Positions 11,314-21,700 of a stretch of 36,051 nucleotides of DNA are shown in pieces (within the stretch, counting starts at the first letter, position 1; each line of letters starts with the position of its first letter). The stretch comes from Chrysochromulina tobinii (lineage: Eukaryota): positions 1-36,051 of the forward strand of contig JWZX01003067.1 in the NCBI GenBank assembly GCA_001275005.1, given 5' to 3'. Both the position numbers and the translations under genes were made by a program. The notes under the pieces were generated by a model. It did no database searches. It saw only the letters and a program-made list of their open reading frames with translations, and was not told the DNA's origin.

Positions 11314-12376
11314 CTTACCAAGAGCGTCTGCGGAGCGTCTGCGGTGACAGCGGGAGTTGTGTTCATGTTCATGTTAATACACACAACACGTAAGCAGCAC
11401 AGCTGTGAAGACAATACAATACAATACAGGCCAGGCCTAACATGAGACACATGCAGACGGAGAGCTGAGAAACAGCCATAAAGAGAGAAGATCGGCGAGA
11501 CCCAAATATGAACTCGGGAGCGCGAGCGGGGAGGGAGCGCGCCCGCCGACATGGGCGGTGAACCCCCAGATGGGCGAGCCAGGGGGCAGCCAGTAGAAGT
11601 TTCCAAGCCGCCCCCTGAAGAGACGCTGGCTCCGTCCGTCCTCGCGCATGTCAACGACCCGGCATAGAGCCGGATTCGAGACAGGGAACCACTCAAGCTC
11701 TCCCCTCCAAGGGGCAATCACCCAAGGAGCTCTGCATGTGTCCCAAAGAGTACCAACAGAAGGCCACCACACAGCCAGCCAGAAAAGAGAAAAGAAAATG
11801 AGCGCTCGTCACGCAGAGCCTCGGTGTCTCGGTCCAAAACCGCGCCTCTGCGGGTGGAAAAAAAGTAGACCGGGACGTATGTGCAGGTCGTGGGGCCCCA
11901 AAAACCTTTGGCGGCAAAGCGAGATCAGAACGGGATCGCTTGCCTTGACGGCCCGAGTGAGATCAGGACGGGATCACTCGGAACGTGAGCACGTGGATCA
12001 CCGGAATGGATCGAAGCACCCTGAAAAAGGATCGGGCGTGCTCTTCATGTCCAAACCCAGCCAACGTCGCCCACTGCCGTGCCTTGGGCAAAAAAGGGAG
12101 GCCCTAGCTGCGGCAAAAGAGGGCGAGATGGTCAGGTGTATAGCACGGGGCCCCTCCAGGAGGCAAGCCCCTCATGCATCCTTCGCACAAAGTCCCCTGG
12201 TGCCTGCCCAACCCCCCGGGCCAGGTGTTCGCGTTCAAATTAAGCCGCACCTGGGTCAGCAGGCTGGTAAGGGCGCGGTCCGACCAGCCTAATCAGTGGA
12301 GAAGGGAGAGTCAGAGGCAGTCTGGGGGATATGGCTCACCGGTGGGAGTCAGAGAGGAGGTCAGGGTGGATGAGCC

Positions 12377-13289
12377 TCACCATTGGGCTCCTTGGCCGAT
12401 GTAATCAAGATCATCAGAGTCATCTGGGGAATCACAATCACCCGGGTAATCAGGGTTAGGTTCCCACTCGGGGACAGGCTCCGGAGGTCGGGATCGTGGA
12501 GGCTTGGGAGGAGCGGTATGGCTGAGTAGGTCGCGTCTACAGAAAACGCAGACTAGGAACTTCTGGGTTGTGATGCGAGCTCGGGGGGCGTCTCTAGGAG
12601 GGGGAGCAAGGATACGAGATTGGGAATCAAGGGGGGCAAGGTTGATCAGGATGTTAGCATCGAAGATTTGGAAATGCATCGAGATGTGGCGCACGCAGGC
12701 GCACGAGTAGCAACGGTGGAGGTTAGTAAGGCGTTTGGAGTCATCAGGGTGCAGTCGGGGCATGGTAAATCCTGGGGGGGTGAAGAAGTCTCGGCCGAAG
12801 CAGTCAAAGCTGACTCGAACTGCTTGTACACAGAAGGCACATCGACGTCGTGAGGCGGGCACGCGGTCAGTGAGCATTGCCGGGAAGAAGTGGTCGGGGA
12901 GCCGAAGAAGGGCGCAGCAGGCGCAGAAGAGGCCGTCTTCACGGATACGTAGTCGGTGGAGTGAGTCTTCGCGCTGAGCGAGCTGAGAGTTTATGAAGTC
13001 GGTGCTGTGCCACTGGATGTAGGCCGCTTCTTCGATCCTCGTGCGGAGATGGTCGTTATCGAGTTCAAGGCGCATGGTCTCAGATTCAAAGATGTGTAAG
13101 GAGCGTAGGGTGTGGTCAAGGTTGGAATTGAGGCCTTGGTTCTCAAGTTTGAGTCGTTTGATCTCGGACTCGTGCTCAAGTTGGAGTCGTTTGATCTCAG
13201 ATTCAAGGAAACTTGAGTGGCGTTCGGCGACCAGGAGTCTTGAGACAAGCGCACAGACAAAAGTCAGTGTGAGTTGGGACCCCGATTCT
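12377..13289 (-). CDS. Uncharacterised coiled-coil + double CxxC...CxxC zinc-finger-like reading frame (probably an internal exon or a mobile-element gene)
   Basis: The frame stays open about 70 codons upstream of ATG 13075, adding ESEIKRLQLE/ESEIKRLKLE before ESETMRLELD. It contains CACC..CAFC and CYSC..CVFC pairs and a Pro/acidic tail, with many T/A-ending codons unlike neighbouring genes. Confidence 0.45.
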
Positions 13290-13467
13290 TAAAAATGCAG
13301 TCTGTTTCAACATGTCCAATGTCGGTCGTGGGCCCGAACGCCGAACGAGCTTTCAACGGAATTTGCGGCGACCCTCCGCCGTCCCTTCCCAATGCAACGG
13401 CCGTCACTCGCCGTTACGGGGCATGGATGCCGTGGTGTGTGCCACAGGCACCGCCGAGTCGCGCGAA

Positions 13468-13867
13468 TCACGAGCTGAGCAGCATCTGACCGTTGAGGTC
13501 GAGGCAGCGCACGCAATGGTTGGCCTGCTCGGAGAAATAGAGGAGGCCGCGCTCCGCATCGACGGTGAAACAGAGCAGGCCGTTGCTTGAGGTCCGTTTG
13601 GTCGTGCTCAGCGCGAGCGGCGGCGGGGCCGGTGGTGCGGCGGGAGCCGGCGCTGCGGCGGCAGAGGAGGCCGCATAGGCGGCTGCGGCCGAGGCGGCGG
13701 CTGGCGCTGAGGGCGGCGCCAGCAATAGAGCTTCGGACGAAGTGGCGGCCTCGCCGGAAGCATCCGGATCGACAGCGGCCGCTTCGGAGCTCGGCCGAGG
13801 CGCTGCGCCCTCTGTCGCCTCGTCGGAACTGGCGCCGTGTTGAGCACTGGCAGGCGGGGCAGGGGGC

Positions 13868-13907
<40 letters not shown>

Positions 13908-16306
13908 GTGTGGGAGTCGCACTGCTCGCCGGCCCGGCAGCCCCCGGCGCGTCCGAAGGTTCCGATTTCACCACGGCACCCTCTGACGCCGGCGGTGGAG
14001 CGTCGTCGGCCGTCCCGTGCGCAGCCACGCCGTTAAGTGTGGCCCCCGCCTCCGAGGGCGCACCCGCAGCGGACGCCGGCATTGGTGGTACCGACGGCGC
14101 TGCCGGTGATGGCGGCTCGGGCTTGGGTGGCACCGCGCTCGCGCAGACCGCGCCTGACGACTCGCCACTCGCAAACGACTCGGGCACTCCCTGGCCCCCC
14201 TGGCCGTTTTGCGTGGCCTCCGACCCCTCGCCCCCCTCGACCTCCATCGGCGTCGGCCCGGTGGCTTCCCCACAGCCGGTGGCTCCCGCCTCCGGATCAG
14301 GCGCCGGGGCCGCCGCCGACGAGGTCGCCCGCGCGCCTTCGGTGGCCGCAGCAGCGGAGGCATCGGTGGTTGCAGCGGCGGCGGCCCCCGCCGTATCATC
14401 CCCTGTGGCCGACGCGTCTGGCGCCGCCAGCGCCTCTGCTGACGAGGTGCGACCTGCGGTCGCTCCTGCCGCGGGCGCAGCTGCTGCCCCACCCTCGGCC
14501 GCTGCCGGCGCCGCTGGTGCCACGTCGGCCGCTGGTGCCACGTCGGCCGTCGCTTGCGCGTCCAGCGCCATCGCGTCGCGTGCGGGTGGCGCCTCCGACT
14601 TGGGCGCCGACTTGGGCGCGGCCGGTGCGGGCTTGGTCGTTGGCGGCGCGGCGGACGCAGCTGGGGCAGCGCCCACAGGGGCGGCGGGCGGCGGGAAGCC
14701 GATAGCAAGGGTGCGCGTCTGCCCGTCCTTGAGGATGCGACGGATTCGGAAGGTGAAGGTGTCGGACACGTAGATGGCGGCCCGGTCGAGGGCGATCGCG
14801 TTCGGGAAGCTGAAGGCGGCGGCCTGCCCCTTACCGTCGATGACGGCATTGCGCCCGCTGCCCGCGAGTGTGCTCACCGTCCCCTTGGTCGTCACCTTGC
14901 GGATGCGGTGGTTGGCGCGGTCGGTCACATAGAGACATCCCTCCGAGTCCATCGCGATGCCCACCGGGTAGAAGAACTGGGCGGCGCCTCCCGAGCCGTC
15001 CTTGTGGCCAGGCGCGCCGGTGCCCGCCAGAGTCTTCACGTCGCCCTGCTGGCTCACCGTGCGGATCCGATGGTTGCCCGAATCCGCGACGTAGAGCGTG
15101 CCGTCGCTGCCGATCGTGAGGCCATACCTGCCGCGGCAGCACACGCGCGCGCGACGAGGCGTGGATGAGGGGCGGGATGGGGGGAGGAGGAGGGGGGATG
15201 GGGGGAGGAGGAGGGGGCGGTCCAACGGAGCTCATCATGAGACATGTCCCTCCTCCTGATGAGGAGACATCAGATGGCGGGATGGGGGGCGGTCCAACGG
15301 AGCTCACGGCGTTTGGGGGGGTGGGGCGATGGGACGGCGCGCGCAAGGGGGGGATGAGCGCGCGGTGCCCAGGCGTGCGAAGAAGACACTGACGATGACG
15401 AGGGATCGTGTGTGAATGACGATGTGTGAATGACGATGACGAGGGATCGTGTGTGAATGACGATGTGTGAATGACGATGACGAGGGATCGTGTGTGCACA
15501 TGGCCAGCGGCACGCGCGGCGGCGAGGGCGGTGCGCGTGGAGGCGGCGCACGGATGGTCAAATGCTGCCTGCAGACCCGTGCCGTCCTGGAAGCCTGGGT
15601 TGCCGTTGCCCGCGAGGAGCGTGATCTCGCCGTTGGGCGCCACGCGGCGCACCGTGTGCGAGCCTGAGTCGGTGATGAAGGTGACGCCCTCCTTGGTGCT
15701 CACGATCCCTTGGGGGTCGACGAGCGCAGAGATGTTGCCGCGGCCCTCCCGAATGCCAGGGTCCCCGTTGCCCACGATAGTGCTCACGGCGCCGTACGAC
15801 ACGAACGAAGCCCATGAGGCGCCCTCTGCCGGCACGGCCTCAGGCTTCACGTACATCACGCTCACCTTTCGCAGCCGTCGGTTGTCCGAGTCGCTCACGA
15901 GCAAGCTACCGTCCGCAGCTATGCCGAGGCCTGTCGGACCGTTGAAGAGCGCCGATGAGCACGGGCCGTCGGCGAAGCCCGCGGCTCCCGACTGCCCCGC
16001 CACATGCACAATTGGCAGCAGGGGCTGCGGGATGATCCCGGCTGCGGGCGGCGGAGGCAGTCCACCCCACGACGCCTCCTCGTGTTCGACCTTGGGCCGC
16101 TTGGCTCGCGGCTCGGCGGCCGGGGCACGGCTCGGTCCTGCACCCTCGCTTGGCAAGGCGACGGCTCCCTTTTCCTCTTTCTTCTCCTTCTTCTCCTTTT
16201 TCTCTTCCGGCTCCTTGCGTCGCTTCTCCTTCCTCTCCTTTTCCTCTTCGTCCTCTTTCTTCTCGGGCCGCTCGCCGCCTCGGCGCGTGCTCATCCTTTG
16301 CTCCAT
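13468..16306 (-). CDS. NHL-repeat beta-propeller protein with charged N-terminus and long Ala/Pro-rich insert; exons 16306-15552 and 15127-13468
   Basis: FNGPTGLGIAADGSLLVSDSDNRRLR, DPQGIVST..FITDSGSHTVRR, FFYPVGIAMDSEGCLYVTDRANHRIRK, FSFPNAIAL. GT-AG intron 15551-15128 restores FDHP|YGLTIGSDGTLYVADSGNHRIR. The first ATG in frame is at 16306. Confidence 0.88.
15394..15497. repeat. Intronic tandem repeat (~41-nt unit GATGACGAGGGATCGTGTGTGAATGACGATGTGTGAATGAC, ~2.5 copies)
   Basis: Seen directly. The same intron also has GGGGGCGGTCCAACGGAGCTCA twice (~15214, ~15285) and GGGATGGGGGGAGGAGGAGGGG twice. Confidence 0.85.
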
Positions 16307-16497
16307 GGTGTCCAACCGCCCAAAGCCAGCCGCCGGCTTAGCCACCGCCACGTTGAGGCAACTCGCGCGCCGACTGGTGGCCGAGGGTACCCTTCGCCGC
16401 CGCCACGTCAACTCTTTTTCAAGCCTCTTCACGTGAATGACCTTCTGTTTTCTGTGGAAAAATGATGCGGAACAATTTCGAACTCGCGACGGTCAAT

Positions 16498-18297
16498 TCA
16501 GGCCCACGGGGGCCGCCACGGCAAGCGGCTGACCCATCCGAGCGAGCGGGCCACCTGTTCGGGCGCGAGGGTGCGCGCGGTGAGCGTCGCGTTCCAGTCG
16601 TGCGAGTATGAGGAGGTGACGTCCACGAGTGTGCCGTCACCTATGGCCACGACGTAGGTGAGCGTCTTGCCCCAGTCGCGCCCGTAGATGAGCGGCTCGT
16701 CCACGGTGGCCTCGCATGGGTCCAAGGCCACCCATCGGTGTGCGCCGTCGCCCTGTCGCCGACGGCGCACCGCGCGCTTGCCCACGCGCCGGCGCAAGCT
16801 CATCATCAGCGGGACGAGCGGGCGCCCCGACGATTCGCCTGCGGTGGCCGCGGCCGCGCCGCCACGCTCTGCGACAGCCGCCGCCGCCTCATTATCTTCG
16901 GCGCCCTCCGCCCCCGGCGTCTCCTCGGGCACCTTGAGCTCGATCCACATATGATCCGTCCAGTCGACGACGAGGCGCGCGCGCCAGCCGAGGGCGTGCG
17001 CGAGCTGCAGCAGCACCTGCGAGTACTCTCCGCATCGGCCGGTGCGCGTGCGCAGCACCTTCTGCACGTCGTTGTAGCGCGGGAAGCGCGTGACAGCGCC
17101 GCACGCGCGGCAATGCTGCAGCTCCGCACGCGACGCGGCAAAGCTGAGCTCACGCGCTGACGGGTACACGTTGCCGAGCAACTCGCCCGGCCCGGCGCCG
17201 CACTCGGCGCACGTCGCACGATTGTATGGAAAGTGCCTCTTGAACCAGCGGAGAAGCTGCCGCCAACCCTCGAGGCTCGCGTCGACCCCGTGCCGTTCGA
17301 GGGCGGAGCGCTGCAGTGCGCCCAGCTCGAGGCCCGAGTGGCTTCGAACATAGTAGAGCAAGGCGTGGCGCTCGCGGCTACATGTCGACTGGAGCCGGCG
17401 CACACGACGCACATGGGTGAGCAGGTCGCGACGAAACTCCCGCTCTACCAGCCGGCGGCGCGTCGCTGAGTTGCGCACCAGCCGCGGGTCATCCTCGGTG
17501 CCCGCTACGGCACTCGACGTTCTCGCGTTGCCATCCTGGCCGCCTACCTCGCCGTCGCCGCCACCCTCCGCACCGCCCTCTGGTACCACCTCTTCCGCTT
17601 CGCGCCGAGCCGCCGCGTCGAGTTGGCCGTGCGTAGCGAGCTCACTTAAGCGCACGCCCCTTAGCAGCAGCCGCTGCTGGCGCCAAAGCCGCTTTAATCG
17701 CCGATGCGTCGCCCGCTCGGAGAGCTCGAGCCGCTCGCAGCGGAGCGCGTGCGCGAGTGCCGCCTCGCGCATCGCCGGGGCCGCCGTCGCCGCCGCCGCT
17801 GCCCATCTCTCCACGTCCAGTGCGGGCGGGCGGTCTTGCTGCCTGAGCCGCCGCTGCACCACGCGAACTTGAGTGTCGCCGCCGGGCGGTGACGGATCGT
17901 CGCTGGACTGAGGAGCGACTCCGAGCCGCTCGTACCTCAGCCACGTCGCCGCCTGCGAACGGTTGACTCCGACCGCGCCCCACTGGGTACCGTCCGCGGC
18001 CTCAAACAGCCACATGTCGATGGTCCCGTTGACTGGCCGCGTGATGCAAGGCGGCTCTTCCGGCCTTTGCTCTGGCGGGCTGTACATGCGCCGGAGCCGC
18101 CGTTCGCGCAGTGAAGATGCGCCTGGTGCCAGCGCGCTTGCAATGTGGCGATGCGGTCGAGGCAGCTCGACCGTTTCGAGCAGCATCGTTGGCGAGCCGC
18201 CACGTCGCAGCCATGGCCTCGGCCTCGCCCTCGATTGCGTTGCGTGCGGCGCGTTCGGAGCGGCCCATGCCAGCAGCAGGACAAACACGCCGAACAT
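16498..18297 (-). CDS. PNG1: Peptide:N-glycanase (PNGase, transglutaminase fold) with N-terminal signal peptide
   Basis: LLRWFK..F, CAEC and CRAC Zn pairs, RFPRYND, TRTGRCGE (Cys), DWTDHMWIE (His), WVALDPCE (Asp), PLIYGRDWGKTLTYVVA, DVTSSY. ATG 18297 gives MFGVFVLLLAWAAPNA. Confidence 0.92.
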   Translation of the reverse strand: MFGVFVLLLAWAAPNAPHATQSRARPRPWLRRGGSPTMLLETVELPRPHRHIASALAPGASSLRERRLRRMYSPPEQRPEEPPCITRPVNGTIDMWLFEAADGTQWGAVGVNRSQAATWLRYERLGVAPQSSDDPSPPGGDTQVRVVQRRLRQQDRPPALDVERWAAAAATAAPAMREAALAHALRCERLELSERATHRRLKRLWRQQRLLLRGVRLSELATHGQLDAAARREAEEVVPEGGAEGGGDGEVGGQDGNARTSSAVAGTEDDPRLVRNSATRRRLVEREFRRDLLTHVRRVRRLQSTCSRERHALLYYVRSHSGLELGALQRSALERHGVDASLEGWRQLLRWFKRHFPYNRATCAECGAGPGELLGNVYPSARELSFAASRAELQHCRACGAVTRFPRYNDVQKVLRTRTGRCGEYSQVLLQLAHALGWRARLVVDWTDHMWIELKVPEETPGAEGAEDNEAAAAVAERGGAAAATAGESSGRPLVPLMMSLRRRVGKRAVRRRRQGDGAHRWVALDPCEATVDEPLIYGRDWGKTLTYVVAIGDGTLVDVTSSYSHDWNATLTARTLAPEQVARSLGWVSRLPWRPPWA

Positions 18298-18741
18298 CTT
18301 TTTTCGCTCTTCGTATGAGAGTGCAGGGGCCACCAGGGCGAGGTGACCATTGAAGTTTTTCAGAGTGAGGACTTCGTGGGGAAACTCAAAAAAACAAAAA
18401 AACAAAAACGCGAGCGTGTAAAGTGTTCTTTACTTAGTTCTTAATCTACATACAATGTACACGACCCACGCGGGTCACTCATTCACTGACTCCAGTCTAC
18501 TCTACTCAGACTCACACATGCACAGTTGTCAGTTGACGTATCTAAGTACTCTCTATCGAGACGCATCTCACCCGGCTGCAACTCGCATGTTTGACGGCGC
18601 ATAGACGCAAGACGCGAAGACGGCGCATCGCTCCAAGCTCCTACCAAAGCCATTTAGCATTCATCGTTCCAAACATGTAAGTCGATTGCACATGGACAGC
18701 GCAGAGCGCACTTTAGCGCACTGAGCGCCCATACGCTGCTC

Positions 18742-21700
18742 TCACATCATCACCTCAAGGTGGTACAGCTCCCCTGACTGTGCGCCGGCAGCAATCCTGG
18801 GCCAACTCACAGCCACACACTGGATTGGACTCGGCGCATAGAATGCGCCGCCCCCGTCCTTCATGCGAATTGTCGCGCCATCGCGCACCGCACCCTCCGC
18901 CTCTTTGCTGAAGGCCATGGCCTCGCCTTGACGCGTTTCAAGCAGGTTGAACGAATCTGAATCCCAGACTTTGATCGTTTTGTCAGTCGATCCGGACACA
19001 ATCTTGGTCCCGTCCGGGGAAAACGCCACCGATCGGATGGTGTCGCTGTGGGCGTTGGTCTTCTCGCTCAACAGCTCCAGTTTGTCTGCCAGGCAAGCCA
19101 AATGGCGTCAGTTTTGGCCAAGGAGGGGCAATTTTGAAGGCAAAAGCGCACCCGAATCCCAGACTTTGATCGTCTGGTCCCACGATCCAGAAACGATCTT
19201 GGTCCCGTCCGGGGAAAACGCCACCGACGAGATCAAGTGGCTGTGGGCATTCGTCTTCTCGCTCAGCAGCTCCAGTTTGTCTGCCAGGCAAGCCAACAGG
19301 CGTCAGTCTTGGCCAAGGAGGGGCGATTTTGAGCTCGTGGCGCACCCGAATCCCAGACTTTGATCGTCTTGTCGTCCGATCCCGACACAATCTTGGTCCC
19401 GTCCGGGGAGAACGCGACAGACCTGATCCAGTCACTGTGGGCATTCGTCTTCTCGCTCAACAGCTCCAGCTTGTCTGCCAGGCAAGCCAACAGGCATGAG
19501 TTTGGGCCAAGGAGGGGCAATTTTGAGGGCAAAAGCGCACCCGAATCCCAGACTTTGATCGTCTTGTCGCGCGATCCCGACACAATCTTGGTTCCATCCG
19601 GGGAAAATGCCACCGACCAGATGGTGTCGCTGTGGGCGTTCGTCTTCTCGCTCAGCAGCCCCAGCGCGTCTGTCAGACAAGCCAACAGGCGTCAGTTTTG
19701 GCCAAGGAGGGGCGATTTTGAGCTCGCGGCGTACCCGAATCCCAGCCTTTGATCGTCTCGGGTTCCAGGGCAAGCGCTTACCTCTAGATGGTTTCACCCG
19801 CTCTTCTTGGCCTGTGATCTTGTTGCGCCACCATGTTTCGACTTCATCCTCCTCGTCTGAGAACTCCGCATAATGTAGTGTCTTGTCGAATGACCCCCAC
19901 TCGGATTCAACATGTGGACGGAAATTGATTGCATCCCAGACTTTGATCGTCTTGTCGTCCGATCCGGACACAATATTGGTCCCGTCCGGAGAAAACGCCA
20001 CCGAGTTGATGTCCCTGCTGTGGGCGTTCGTCTCCTCGCTCAGCAGCTCCAGCTTGCCTGCCAGACAAGCCAGCAGGCGTCAGTTTTGGCCAAGGAGGGC
20101 GATTTTGAGGGCTCCGCGGCGCACCTAAATCCCAGACTTTGATCGTCTTGTCGTACGATCCTGAGACAATCTTCGTGCCATCGGGCGAAAACGCCACCGA
20201 CGAGATGTTGTCGCTGTGCGCGTTCGTCTTCTCGCTCAACAGCCCCAGCGCGTCTGTCAGACAAGCCAACAGGCGTCAGTTTTGGCCGAGGAGGGGCGAT
20301 TTGAGAGATCGCGGCGCACCCGAATCCCAGACTTTGATCGTCCCGTCCTTAAAGCCAGCCACGATGAGCGACTTTGACTGATTAGCGTGCTTGCCACCAT
20401 CCTTGACACCGTCCCATATGGCGACGCTCATGACCTCGCTTGTGCCCTCGATCTCCTCGATCAGCTCCTGGCTCTCGGCGTCGTACACGAAGATGGAGTT
20501 GCCTGAGCCACTGACGATGCGTGTGTAGCCGACCGCCACAGAGCTGACGACACTCTTGTGCGACAATGTGCCGATGCACGCGTCCTTCTCTTGGGATTTG
20601 TTACGCCACTTGAGTGCTCGCGTCGGCTGCTCGGACGATATGTGCGAAGCTGCTTCACGAAAAACCGCACTTGCATCTGGCTGCTGCAGGGCGAGCTGCA
20701 TCACTGCCGCGCCCTTGTCACGCTGCAGCACGTCCATGTACTTTCCCACAAATTGGCGCATCTCGGTTGCGTCTGTCAGGTTCACACCGTCCACACGTCG
20801 CAGCTCGAGGTAGTCCTTAGCCACGCTCGAAAGAAGGCCTCTATCGACTCGTTCACGAAGTAGTGCGAGGTCCGTCGCATACACGTGGGCAGCTTGGGCA
20901 GCGAAGGCACCTTTCGCGCCCTGGCCATCGGCCCGACAGAGGTGCAAAATGCCGTGTCTCAGCCAGCAGTAAGTCGCCGCCACATCGTCCGGCTCACGAC
21001 CTTCGGTTGGTGTCACGGTGCGCCACGCGATGAACCCCTCGGCGAGCATCGCGTGCCCGTCCTTGCGCTGCACCTTGAACTCCGCCGATGGCTCTCTGAT
21101 CGAGCTGCCATCGGCGATCTCGCCCGTCAGCCAGTCGACGATGGTCTTGTGAAAGACATGCAACTTGCCATCGCGCACCGGAAAGAGAAGTGCCGTCGTC
21201 TCAATCACGCGCCTCTGCTTCAAGTCGTCCCATCCGAGGAGCGCCGCCGCCATTGCCCCCGTGATCGGCTCGCGCGCAGCCGCAATCAGCTCAACAAGGG
21301 GCTTCGCCTCGGTCCACGCGGGGTCCACCTGACCTTCGGGAAAGGCGCGCTTGAAGTTGACGGCGTACACCTCGCCCAGGCCGGCCGGGAGCGAGTCGAG
21401 GCTCTCGAAGTGAATCTCTTGGCCTTTCTTGGCCTCGCTCTCGAGGTGCTGGCTGAGCATGTAGGCGTACAAGAAGAGGCCCTCCGCCTTGGCCGAGAGT
21501 GCCTCCACTGCAGCGTCTAATGACGACGTGCTGAGGCGGCCAACGATAAAAGCCTCGAGCTCCCCGGCATCAACCTTTGTGCCCTGGCAGAGAGTGGGCA
21601 GCTCCTCGCGGACCTTCTCGTAATGGACGTGCGCCTCCTTTTTTGCCTCGAGCATGTCTATATGGTTGAGCTGGATCTCGCACACGTACCTCGTGCCATC

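Noticed and set aside
18298..18405. N-terminal extension of the PNGase ORF (MFFCFFEF...)
   Set aside because: It begins at a non-ATG codon in a T-rich upstream tract; ATG 18297 gives a clean signal peptide.
18742..20269. Short separate ORFs starting MACLADKL/MACLTDAL, or a frameshifted pseudogene
   Set aside because: Their starts lie in intron sequence; splicing joins them into one intact frame.
18960..20345. Regularly spaced repeats resembling a CRISPR array or DGR template/variable repeats
   Set aside because: The whole ~195-bp unit is repeated with no unique spacers, and the units parse as WD40 exons plus GT-AG introns. There is no cas or reverse transcriptase gene in the window, and the variation is not evidently adenine-specific.
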